From Squalus acanthias (Eukaryota), in contig CM059431.1 in NCBI GenBank assembly GCA_030390025.1, positions 132,434,001-132,498,000 of the forward strand: DNA of 64,000 nucleotides, given 5' to 3'. This document shows positions 47,172 to 58,494 of the stretch, piece after piece (the first letter of the stretch is position 1; each line of letters begins with the position of its first letter). Position numbers and translations under genes: made by a program. The notes beneath the pieces were generated by a model. The model searched no databases and was not told the DNA's origin. It was given only the letters and a program-made list of their open reading frames with translations.

Positions 47172-50112
47172 TGTTCAAACCTCTACAAGAAACTATAATA
47201 AGAATAAAACCAGACGGACCACCTGGCATCGACTGCGGTAACGGCTTCGGACGTGACAATGGCACACCCAGCCCAATTGACCCTGTAAAGTCCTCCTCAC
47301 TAACATCTGAGGATTTGTGCCAAAATTGTGAGAGCTGTCCCACAGACTAGTCAAGCAACGCCTGACATAATCATACTCAAAGAACCATGGTGCAGAAATT
47401 CCGATCCCTACGGGTGTGTACGCGCTGCGTACTCACCCGTAGGGACATGGGAAATGCCGGTTCAGCCAATGTCCCAGATTCCTCTATCACAATCCCTGGG
47501 TATGTCCTGTCCCACCGGCAGGACAGACCCACCAGAGGTGGTGGCACAGTGGTATACAGTCAGGAAGGATTGGCCCTGGTAGTCGTCAGCATTGACTCCG
47601 GACCCCATGAAGTCTCATGGCTTCAGGTCAAGCACGGGCAAGGAAACCTCCTGCTGATTACCACCTACCGCCCTCCCTCAGCTGATGAATCAGTACTCCT
47701 CCATGTTGAACACCACTTGGAAGAAGCACTGAGAATAACAAGGGCACAGAATGTCCTCTGGGTGGGGGATTTCAATGTCCATCACCAAGAGTGGCTCGGT
47801 AGCACCACTACTGACCGAGCTGGCCAAGTCCTGAAGAACATAACTGCCAGTCTGGGCCTGCGACAGGTGGTGAGAGAACCAACACGAGGGAAAAACCTTC
47901 TTGGCCTCGTCCTCACCAATCTACCTGTTGCAGATGCATCTGTTCCTGACAGTATTGGTAACAGTGACCACCGTACAGTCATTGTGGAGACGAAGTCTCG
48001 TCTTCACACTGAGGACACCCTCCATCGTGTTGTGTGGCACTACCACCATGCTAAATGGGATTGATTCAGAACAGATCTAGCAGCTCAAAATTGGGCATCC
48101 ATGAGGCGCTGTGGGCCATCAGCAGAAGCAGAATTGTATTCCACCGCAACTGTAAACTCATGGACCGCCATATCCCTCACTCTACCATTAACATCAATCC
48201 AGGCAACCAAACCTGGTTCAATGAGAAGTGTAGAAGAGCATGCTAGGAGCAGCACCAGGCATACCTAAAAATGAGGTGCCAACCTGGGGAAGCTGCAACA
48301 CAGGACTATATGCATGCTAAACAGCGGAAGCAGCTTACTATAGATGGAGCTAAGCGATCCCACAGCCAACGGATCAGATCAAAGCTTTGTAGTCCTGCCA
48401 CATCCAGTCGTGAATGGTGGTGGACCATTAAACAACTAATGGGAGGAGGAGGCTCCATGAATATCCCCATCCTCAATGATGGTGGAGCCCAGCACGCGAG
48501 TGCAAAAGACAAGGCTGAAGAGTTTGCAACCATTGTCAGCCAGAAGTACTGAGTGGAAGATCCAGCTCGGCCTCCTCCTGAGGTCCCCACCATCACAGAA
48601 GCAATTCGTTTCACTCCAGGTGATATCAAGATACGGCTTAGTGTACTGGATACAGCAAATGCTATGGGCCCCGAAATATCCCAGCTGTTGCATTGAACTA
48701 GCCACGCCTCTAGCCAAGCTGTTCCAGCACAGCTACAACATTGGCAAGCACCTGACAATGTGGAAAACTGCCCAGGTATGTCCTGTCCACAAAAAGCAGG
48801 ACAAATCCAATCCGGCCAAGTACCGCCCCATCAGTCTATTCTCAATCATCAGCAAAGTGATGCAAGGTGTCATCGACAGTGCTATCAAGCAGCACTTACT
48901 CACCAATAACCTGCTCACCGATGCTCAGTTTGGGTTCTGCCAGGACCACTCGGCTCCAGACCTCATTACAGCCTTGGTCCAATCATGGACAAAAGAGCTG
49001 AATTCCAGAGGTGAGGTGAGAGTGACTGCCTTTGACATCAAGGCAGCATTTGACCGAGTGTGGCATCAAGGAGCCCTAGTAAAAGTGAAGTCAATGGGAA
49101 TCAGGGGAAAGACTCTCCACTGGCTGGAGTCATATCTAGCACAAAGGAAGATGTTTGTGGTTGTTGGAAGCCAATCATCTCAGCCCCAGGACATCGCTGC
49201 AGGAGTTCCTCAGGGCAGTGTCCTAGACCCAACCATCTTCAGCTGCTTCATCAATGACCAACCCTCCATCATAAGGTCAGGAGTGGGGATGTTCGCTGAT
49301 GATTGTACAGTGTTCAAATCCATTCGCAGCTCCTTAGATAAGTGCCAGGCAATGACTATCTCCAATAAGAGAGCGTCTAACCATCGCCCCTTGACATTCA
49401 ACAGCATTACTATTCCCGAATCCCCCAAAATCAACATCCTGGGGGTCACCATTGACAAGAAACTTAACTGGACCAGCCACATAAATACTGTGGCTACAAG
49501 AGCAGGTCAGAGGCTGGGTATTCTGTGGTGAGTATCTCACCTCCTGACTCCCCAAAGCCTTTCCACCACCTACAAGGCTCAAGTCAGGAGTGTGATGGAA
49601 TACTCTCCACTTGCCTGGATAAGTGCAGCTCCAACAACACTCAAGAAGCTCAACACCATCTAGGACAAAGCAGCCCGCTTGATTGGCACCCCATCCACCA
49701 CCTTAAACATTCACTCCCTCCACCACCAGCGCACCGTAGCTGCAGTGTGTACCATCTACAAGATGCACTGCAGCAACTCGCCAAGGCTTCTTCGACAGCA
49801 CCTCCCAAACCCATGACCTCTACCACCTAGAAGGACAAGGGCAGCAGGCGCATGGGAACACCATCACCCCCAAGTTCCCCTCCAAGTCACACACTATCCT
49901 GACTTGGAAATATATCGCCGTTCCTTCATCGTCGCTGGGTCAAAATCCTGGAACACCCTCCCTAGCAGCACTGTGGGAGTACTTTCACCACAAGGACAGA
50001 AGCAGTTCAAGAAGGTGGCTCACCACCACCTTCTCGATAGCAATTAGGGATGGGTAATAATGCTGGCCTTGCCAGCGACGCCCACATCCCAGGAACTAAT
50101 ATTTAAAAAAAA
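47172..50112 (+). mobile_element. tRNA-headed LINE family, near-full coding region (head missing), decayed
   Basis: Leader ATRN...RHR...PCKVLLTNI, APE (YRPPS, GDFN, SDH), RT (MFADDCTVF) and 3' tail with poly(A). Contains a MITE end at about 47387-47463. Confidence 0.9.
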
Positions 50113-50404
50113 TTCCATTCAGTTACTCTATGGACTGGCCAGTGAGTTTCTTTGCTGCATTTTCACTTTGCTCCAATTCCTTTAGTGTTTAATGCTTTTC
50201 TGTTCCTTTCAAGGTTTGAAGCAGTAACTAAAGAGACAGCATTCTCCAGATCGTCAATCCTTTGAGATGTGCTCTTCAGGCTAGTTTGCCTAGAAATACG
50301 GGAAAACCCATTTTTGGGCACTCCCCCCACACAGGGTACATACTCTGCGTACGAATAGAGAAGTCTGAGAAGCTGATATTGGGCCTTGGACCTCATTAGA
50401 CTGA

Positions 50405-53200
50405 AGGTAACAGAATGGATAGCAAGTGGCTACAAAACAAAAAACAGAGTAGGGCTTAAAGGCAGCTACTCAGACTGGTAAAAGGTTAAGAAGTGGTGTT
50501 CCACAAGGAACAGTGCTGGGACCACTGTTGTTCACAATTTACATTAACGATTTGGACTTGGGAATCAGAAGTACAATTTCTAAATTTGCAGATGACACAA
50601 AATTGGGGGGTGTAGCTCATACAAAGGAAGAATGTGACAAAATACAAGAAGAAGTTAATAAACTTGCAGAATAGGCGTGCAATTGACAAATGAATTTCAA
50701 TATAGTTAAGTGTAAGGTGGTGCATTTTGATAGGAAGAATAAGGAAGCCACATACTGCTTGGATAATAAGAGTCTAAATGGGGTACAGGAGCAAAGAGAT
50801 CTAGGGGTACAGATACACAAATCACTAAAAGTAGTGACGCAAGTTAATAAGGCCATAAAAAAAGCAAACCAAGCACTGGGGTTCATTTCTAGAGGGATAG
50901 AATTGAAAAGCAGGGAAGTCATGTGAAAATTGTATAGAAACTTGGTTAGACTACACTTGGAGTGCTGTGCACAGTTCTGGTCTCCGTATTATAAAAATAA
51001 TACAGACGCATTGGAGAAAGTGCAAAAGAAGTTTCACAAAGATAATACCAGAACTGAGAGGTTATAAGTATCAGAAAAGATTGAACAGGCTGGGGCTCTT
51101 TTCTCAAGAAAAGGGAAGGCTGAGGGGTGACCTGATAGAGTTTTTTAAGATAATGGAAGAGTTTGATAGGGTACATAAGAACATAAGAAATAGAAGCAGG
51201 AGTAGACCATTCGGCCCTTCGAGCCTGCTTCGCCATTCAATGAGATCATAGCTGATCTTCTGCCTCAACTCCATTCACCGGCCCTATCGCCATATCCCTT
51301 GAGGCCCTTACTAGTCAGAAATCTATCGACTTCTGTTTTGAATATACCCAATGACTGAGCCTCCACAGCCCTCTGGGGTAGAGAATTCCAAAGATTCACC
51401 ACCCTCTGTGTGAAGAAATTTCTTCTCATCGCAGTCCTGAATGGCCTACCCTTTATCCTGAGGCTGTGGCCCCTGGTTCTAGACTCCCCAGCCAAGGGAA
51501 ACATTCTCCCAGCATCCACCCTATTAAGCCCTGTAATAATTTTGTATGCTTCAATGAGATCCCCTCTCATTCTTCTGAATTCAAGAGAATACAGGCCTAG
51601 TTTACTCAATCTCTTCTCATACGACAGTCCTGCCATACCAGGAATCAATCTCGTGAACCTTCGTTGCACTCCCTCTATGGCAAGTATATCCTTCCTTAGG
51701 TAAGGAGACCAAAATTGTATACAGTACTCCAGGTGTGGTCTCACCAAGGCCCTATATAATTGGAGTAAGACTTCTTTACTCCTGTACTCAAATCCTCTTG
51801 TAATGAAGGCCAGCATACCATTTGCCTTCCTAATAGCTTGCTGCACCTGCACATTCACTTTCAATGACTCATGTACAAGGACACCCAGGTCCCTTTGAGC
51901 ATCTGTATTCCCCAATCTTTCACCATTTAGGAAATACTCTGCCTTTCTGTTTTTTCTACCAAACTGGATAACTTCACATTTATCCACATTATATTCCATC
52001 TGCCATGTTCTCGCCCATTCACTGAGCCTGTTGAGATCCCCTTGAAGCCTCTTCACATCCTCTTTGCAACTGACACTGTCACCTAGCTTTGTATCATCAG
52101 CAAATTTGGAAATGTTACATTTAGTCCCCTCATCCAAATCATTGATATAGATTGTGAATAGCTGGGGCCCAAGCACCGATCCTTGCGGTACCCCACTAGT
52201 CACAGCCTGCCATCCTGAAAAAGACCCGTTTATCGCTACTCTTTGTTTTCTGTCTGTTAACCAATTCTCAATCCATGCTAGTATATTACCCCCAATTCCA
52301 TGTGCCCTAATTTTGTTCACCAACCTCTTGTGTGGGAACTTATCGAAGGCCTTCTGAAAATCCAAATACACCACATCTACCAGTTCCCCTTTGCCTACTC
52401 CACTAGTTACAACCTCAAAGAACTCCAATAGGTTTGTTAAACAGGATTTCCCTTTCATAAATCCATGTTGACTCTGCCCAATCTTACTATTAGTTTCTAA
52501 GTGCCCAGTTATTGCATCCTTTATAATAGATTCCAACATTTTCCCAACTACTGATATGAGGCTAACAGGTCTGTAGTTCCCCGTTTTCTCTCTCCCTCCT
52601 TTCTTAAATAGCGGGATTACATTTGCTATCCTCCAATCTGCAGTAACCGTTCCAGAATCTATAGAATTTTGGAAGATGACAACCAATGCGTCCACTATCC
52701 CAATGGTCACCTCTTTCAAAACCCTAGGATGTAGGTCATCAGGTCCTTGGGATTTATCGACTTTTAGTCCCATTAATTTTGCTAGTACTGTTTTGTTACT
52801 AATAATAATTTCTTTAAGTTCCTCATTCTCGTCACACCCTTGGTTTTCTCGTATTTCTGGGAGGTTTTTTGTGTCTTCCTCTGTAGACGTAGAGAAGCTG
52901 TTTCCAGTTGTGGGGGAAGACCAAAACTAGGGGCCATAAATATAAGATAGTCACCAATGGATCCAATAGGGAATTCAGGATAATGTGATACTCGCTACCA
53001 CAGAGGTAGTTGAGGCAACTAGCATAGATGTATTAAGGGGAAGCTAGCTAAGTACATGAGGAAAAAAGGAATAGAAGGATATTCTGATAGGGTTAGATGA
53101 AGAGGGGTGAGATGAGTCTCGTGTGGAGAATAAACGCCGGCATCGACCAGTTGGGCCAAATGGCCTGTTTCCATGCTGCAGACTCTATGTAATTCTATGT
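50405..53200 (+). mobile_element. CR1 LINE 3' part (50405-51173 and 52884-53200) split by an inverted CR1
   Basis: RT motifs; the sequence rejoins GATAGGGTA|GACGTAGAGAAG; ATTCTATGT tail. Confidence 0.88.
51174..52883 (-). mobile_element. Young CR1 LINE 3' part with an uninterrupted 502-aa RT frame (51265-52773)
   Basis: NYRPVSL, QHGFMKGKSC, YLDFQKAFDK, GVPQGSVLGP, FADDTKL, and a (TTCTTATG)n tail. Confidence 0.95.
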
Positions 53201-54198
53201 AAGCCGACGATGCAGGAGGAGCCCAAGGAAGAGGAGTGGATGAACATCAGGCCACTTATAGCACTGCAGCAGCCCACAAGTAAGTGGCATCAGGGAGGGA
53301 TCAGTGGACTTGGGGGAGATTGTGGGCCTGGGGGGTGGTACAGGGTAGCGGCAGCTGGCAGTGGCTGGCTGGAGTGAGGGCCATGGGGATGGAGATTGGG
53401 TGTCAGGGATCCTGGGGTCTGGGCCTGGGCCTGGGTTGGGGGCCTGAGGTGAGATATCAGGGGTAAGGATCACGTGGGGGGGGGGAGGGGGTGCTTGGGT
53501 TGGGAGCTGGGGGAGAGTGATATCGGGGTTGAAGATCTTGAGACCGGGGGGTTGAGGGGGAGGGAGATCAGGGATCTCGGGACAAGGAGGGGATCGGAAG
53601 CAGCGGCGATCAGGAAGGTCTTTAATGTGGGGTCGCAAGGATTTCTGCTGCTCCTCCTGGCTCCACATTCAGGTAAGTTACTTTCCTTTTTGTTGCAGGT
53701 ATTCTGTAGGATTGTTTTCCCTGAGTGTAACCAGCAAAAAAATCTTGCAGCGGGGACCTCAAGCAGGCATTAGGCCCGTTATTTGCATATGCAAATGTAT
53801 CGTATTAAGGAGAATGTTCTTATATGTATATCTTATTCAGGAAAGTTTTGCAAGGCTGCACTCCTTACTCAAACAGAGCACAGCTCAGAGATTTGAGTCT
53901 GGAGGTCAGCCCAGCCAATTTGGAGCAATGTTTTACTGGTATGAAAAACCTGCTGGACTATAATAAGGGTTAACAGTAACAACAAAATGAACAAGAGCTT
54001 CAAATGTGTGACCACATATTGTCAAGAGTTCTGGCAAAGATTTTTTAAAGCCAATGAAACTGTTGAGAAGTCTGTCCTGTTGATAGACACTGTAGAAAGA
54101 TTTTTGACAGTGAATTTATACAGCTGTTCACCAAAGGACTCAATTCTTGCAGTTTTGTTTACTCTTGTTAAAATATCAAGTGACTTTTGGATTAACAG

Positions 54199-54311
54199 GC
54201 CAATTTTACAAGCAGGCAGCTATACCTCCAGCCACACATATCGGAAAATTGAGGGCACACACTCCTTCGTAAAATCAGCCCTTAAGTCTCAGGAGTCGAA
54301 GCCGAGGGTTG
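54199..54311 (+). CDS. Candidate host-gene internal exon (PILQAGSYTSSHTYRKIEGTHSFVKSALKSQESKPRV), product unknown
   Basis: TTAACAG acceptor, G|GTAAAA donor, only one open frame, non-repeat context. Phase is compatible with the candidate exon at 7275-7385. Confidence 0.3.
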
Positions 54312-54624
54312 GTAAAATGTTATTTTTTAGGTAGCATATTTTTAATGAGCTTCTTCATCTTTTAACATTTTGGTAGTTCATAAACAATGGTAGGGTGCAG
54401 TTTGGGTTGTAGGACAATTGGTAGGACAATGATCTCAACGTTAAAAAAGTTAATTGAAGCAAGGCAGACGTAAAAAGGGACCTGGGAGTAAAGTAGACTT
54501 ACACTTTAACTGCCTAAATAGTGTGGTGAAGCAAGTACAAAACCTAATAGAGCACTCGGATGCAGTCAAAACAAATGATGCTGTAATAATTATTATCCAC
54601 TGGTCAGATCGCACTTTAGGATAT

Positions 54625-56035
54625 TGGCCCATATCTTCCTGCGTGCGGAGGCCTCCGATCTGGAAAAATCTACAAACTTACCTGAAGGCTCCCGAGGTCC
54701 GTTCCTGGGCCTCTCCAAACTCGAAATGCGCAGGGCCCACGTATCCCAGAGGTGCATGCGGTTCGCAAACGTCCCTGGGATCACATGGGCCATGGGGAGC
54801 CAATAGGAGAAGGGAATCTCCCTTCATACACTTGACAGATAGACCTGTCAAATATATGAATGGAGATCACCACAAAAACACAGTAAAACATTAATTAAAT
54901 TTTTAAAAAACCATGGGGGAAAAATTCAGTATCGCCCCATTTGGGGCGCAATTATCGGCCGGGCGCAAAGATTAACGCCTGGCGCTAATTATCGCCTCCG
55001 ACTGCAAACTTGGCTTTTATCGCCCCTGGAGGTGATTGGAGCGCTAAATCAGGTGCTTCACACCTGTCTTAAGGCACAAAGGCCGAGGAGCGAGGTGCTA
55101 CCTCAGAGCGCTGGTGAAGCTCATGTGATGTCAGTCAGCAATGGAACAGAGACACAATGGCGCCGGCCAGTTCTTAAAGGGGAGGGTTGATCTTGCTCTC
55201 CATCCACATCCTGCTCATTGCAGCCTTGAATCTCGGCCTGGAGAGACCTGTACATCAAATCTGCTGGAAAGAACAATGGAGAGTACCAGGCAAAGAGCTC
55301 AGAGTGCAGCCCCCACAGTCTCCTCTAAATAGATGCAAGGAAGGGCAAATCAAAATGAACCTGCAAAGTGCTGCTCAGTACCCAAAACTCCTTCACACAG
55401 CGTTGAATCCCTCCAGAAGTCTCTCTCTCTCTCTCTCAGAATGCGTGGTGCAAAAATGTCACCAACAAAAAAAGGCAGGAAGCGTTCGCCTTTAAATAGC
55501 GCTCCCCCAGTCCCTTCCTGACTGCAAAACGCTCCCCTCAACCTGTCGTTGCTAGCGGCAGGCGGTAAGGCAGGGGGCGCCACTCAATATCCGCTACCGG
55601 GGCGTTGCACACTCGACTGACGTCACGATCTGCCAGCGCAGGTGATCGTGGCGGTAGTGTTTAGCGCCACCGCAAAATGTCTGGTCAATTTCGCGAGAGG
55701 CGCAGATATCGCCGTGCCCGGGCGCTAGTTGCTTTGCGCCCCATTAACGCCCTCTTAAGGCACTAACGGGAGGCGCAAACCAACTGAATTTTTCCCCCCA
55801 TCACTTTTTAAATGAGTTCAAATCACAATAAATTAAATATTTTAAACAAAAATGTAATTTTTGGAAAGAGAATTAAAGTATTTTACGGGGCTAAAAAAAA
55901 CTTACCTTTTTTAAAAGTATTTTTAAATGATAAATGAGTGAAAAAAAAAAATCTTATTTTACTTTTTTTTCAACTCTTATGCTGGTAAAAGCAGGCCTTA
56001 CTCCTGCTTTTACCAGGCGTAAGATTTCTTAGGGT
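54625..56035. mobile_element. MITE (family of 8615-9151) with a nested MITE; right end replaced by a LINE
   Basis: Starts GGCCCATATCTTCC. Region 55805-56030 matches 8700-8935. Confidence 0.7.
54915..55798. mobile_element. Complete Harbinger-type MITE (884 bp)
   Basis: Perfect 16-bp TIR GGGGGAAAAATTCAGT and CAT TSD (54912-54914 and 55799-55801). Confidence 0.92.
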
Positions 56036-56036
56036 T

Positions 56037-56547
56037 TTGGGCCTAGGACACTGCCCTGAGGAACTCCTGCAGTGATGTCCTGGGGCTGAGATGATTAACC
56101 TCCAACAACTACAACCATCTTCCTTAGTGCTAGGTATGACTCCAGCCAGTGGAGAGTTTTCCCCCTGATTCTCATTGACTTCAGTTTTACTAGGGCTCCT
56201 TGATGCCACACTCGGTCAAATGCTATCTTGATGTCAAGGGCAGTCACTCTCACCTCACCTCTGGAATTCAGCTCTTTTGTCCATGTTTGGACCAAGGCTG
56301 TAATGATGTCTGGAGCCAAGTGGTCCTGACGGAACCCAAACTGAGCATCGGTGAGCAGGCTATTGGTGAGTAAGTGCTGCATGATAGCACTGTTGGCGAC
56401 ACCTTCCATCACTTTGCTGATGGTTCAGAGTAGACTGATGGGGCGGTAATTGGACGGATTGGATTTATCCGTTTTTTCTGGACAGGACGTACCTGGGCAG
56501 TTTTCCACATTGTCGGGTAAATGCCAGTGTTGTAGCTGTACTGGAAC
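56037..56547 (-). mobile_element. tRNA-headed LINE family internal RT fragment
   Basis: NYRPISLL, AQFGFRQDH, ALDIKIAFDRVWHQG. Confidence 0.85.
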
Positions 56548-57070
56548 CTTTTCCCCCCACAAAATGTTCTGCACTCTCTCCGTGATATCCCTTACCCTGG
56601 CAGCAGGAAGGCAACATACCATATGGGTCTTACAATGACGGTAGCAAAACTGCCTGTCTGTCCTTCTGACTATCGAGTCCCCAATTACTACGGCATTCCT
56701 ACACTTTGCTGTAGCCCCCGTGCAGTCCTTTGCCTCACAGTGCCAGGCTCGGCACTGCACTCCTTTGAGGTGTCGTCACCCTCACCGGTATTCAGTGCTG
56801 AATATCGGTTTGAGAGTGCCACACTCTCAGAGGATTCCTGCACTGCATGCCTCTTCCTACCCTTCCAGGTGGCCACCCGCTTGCTATTCTGAACTCTATC
56901 TGGCTGTGCAGTGACCACCTCGTGGAACCTGCGATCCATGACACACTCAGCCACCCGTATGCCCTGCAGTGAATCCAGCTGCCCCTCAAGCTCAGAAACC
57001 CTCAGCGTGAATTCGAGCAGCTGGAGGGCCACCAGGACATATGAAGTGTCCTGAGGTTTCCACATGGCTC
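56548..57070 (-). mobile_element. CR1 ORF1 (esterase) fragment
   Basis: AVVIGDSIVRRTDR...VCCLPAARV is homologous to ORF1 at 61499-62449. Confidence 0.8.
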
Positions 57071-57768
57071 AGGAATTACAGGCTGTCCCTCCATTCTAAT
57101 TAGAAGCTTAAAATAAACTACTTAAATACAAGGTGATTTATATAATTGCTGTTAATTAGGTCTAAATTACACTGCAATTTTTCTATTCACTCCTCAAAAC
57201 AAACTAGACAAAGGCTAAATTATTACTCAAGCTTAACAAGAACCACTGAGATACTAATTACAAAGAACCTAAATATTAGATACTTAACTTAGAATCCTCA
57301 GGTTCTGTGGCTCCGCTCCTTCTTTTGAATTGGACGCGATAAACCACCTTTCTCCTCTCCACTGATTGCCTACTATCACCAATATTCCCAGCTTCCACTC
57401 TATTTGCAATCCATTCTGATTGCGATCTACCCAGCTCTGTCTCCAAGCTCTGTGTTTGGAATAATCTACAAAGCCAGATAATAGAGGCACAGACGTGGCA
57501 TTATTTAAAATCCGATTAGATGCCTTGTTGCGAGAAGTAATGTGCTAGAGGGATGAGCTTTGAGAGGCTACAAAGCCTTTTTCCTCTTCAAACTTATCCT
57601 TATGTTTCTTATGTTATTCTCCTTTGCATTTTTTAATTGTTCTGTTTTGAGTTGATTAGGGATTGATGTGGGAGTCTATTATTATAGGAGGGAGCGAGAA
57701 AGAAACCAGAAAACTCCAACCTGTCATTAATTGTTAAGAAGTTACTGGAATCTATCATCAGAGACATT

Positions 57769-58472
57769 GGCCGCGATTTCGCCGAGCGAGGCGGGTCCGG
57801 GGTGGCCGTGGTCGGTGTGGCGGGCCCAGCCCGTTGCCTGCTCCATCCCACTCTCTCTAAGTGATTTTCCGTTGATTGGGCTTGTTAAGCCCGCCCATGC
57901 GTTTCCTGGCAAATTAAAATGAAGCGGATCGGATGATGTCATTTGATGACACGTCATCAGCCGATTTCCTTAAAGGGACCATGTCCACAATCATTTTGAC
58001 AGTTGTGCTGTCAGTGTTCTACAGCATTGAGGTGCTGCAAACACTGACAATGACTGCACAGAGGTGCACGACTGCACCCAGGTTCTCCCATGACTCCCTC
58101 CATTTGCTTATGGAGGGAGTCACAGCACGCAGGGAGATTCTCTTCCCTTCCAATGGGTGGAAGAAACCTCCCCAGGAGACCAATGCAGCCTGGTTGTACA
58201 TTGCACAGGAGGGCACAAGCAGGGATGTTGTCAGGAGGACCAGGCTACAGTGGTGCAAACCTTTCAATGATCTCAGTAGATCTACAAACGTTACTGCCAA
58301 GCCACACTCAACCTCATCCTGCTGTACCACTCATCACATCCCCATCACTCTGCCTTCCCTACCCTACTCCTGCACATCCTTACTCACACCAACTTAACTT
58401 GCACCTCTACCCATCCCTCTCTATCTACATCCCCATCTCACTAGCCACCCCTCACACTCCACCCTCATCCTG
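57769..58472 (+). mobile_element. Harbinger left end with Myb exon 1, truncated by CR1
   Basis: TIR GGCCGCGATTTCGCC. Inverted sister of 5600-6316. Confidence 0.82.
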
Positions 58473-58494
58473 AAAGGCTCATAGAGTCATAGAG

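Noticed and set aside
50213..50340. Strong acceptor suggesting an exon
   Set aside because: Stops in all three frames and no clear donor.
53195..53668. Proline-rich 157-aa ORF
   Set aside because: Low-complexity G-rich interior of a probable MITE-like element; no domain evidence.
56037..57070. CR1 esterase ORF1 directly upstream of the tRNA-headed LINE RT, suggesting that family has an ORF1
   Set aside because: ORF1 is cut mid-domain and joins mid-ORF2 with no APE. Both longer copies lack it, so this is a nested insertion or deletion.
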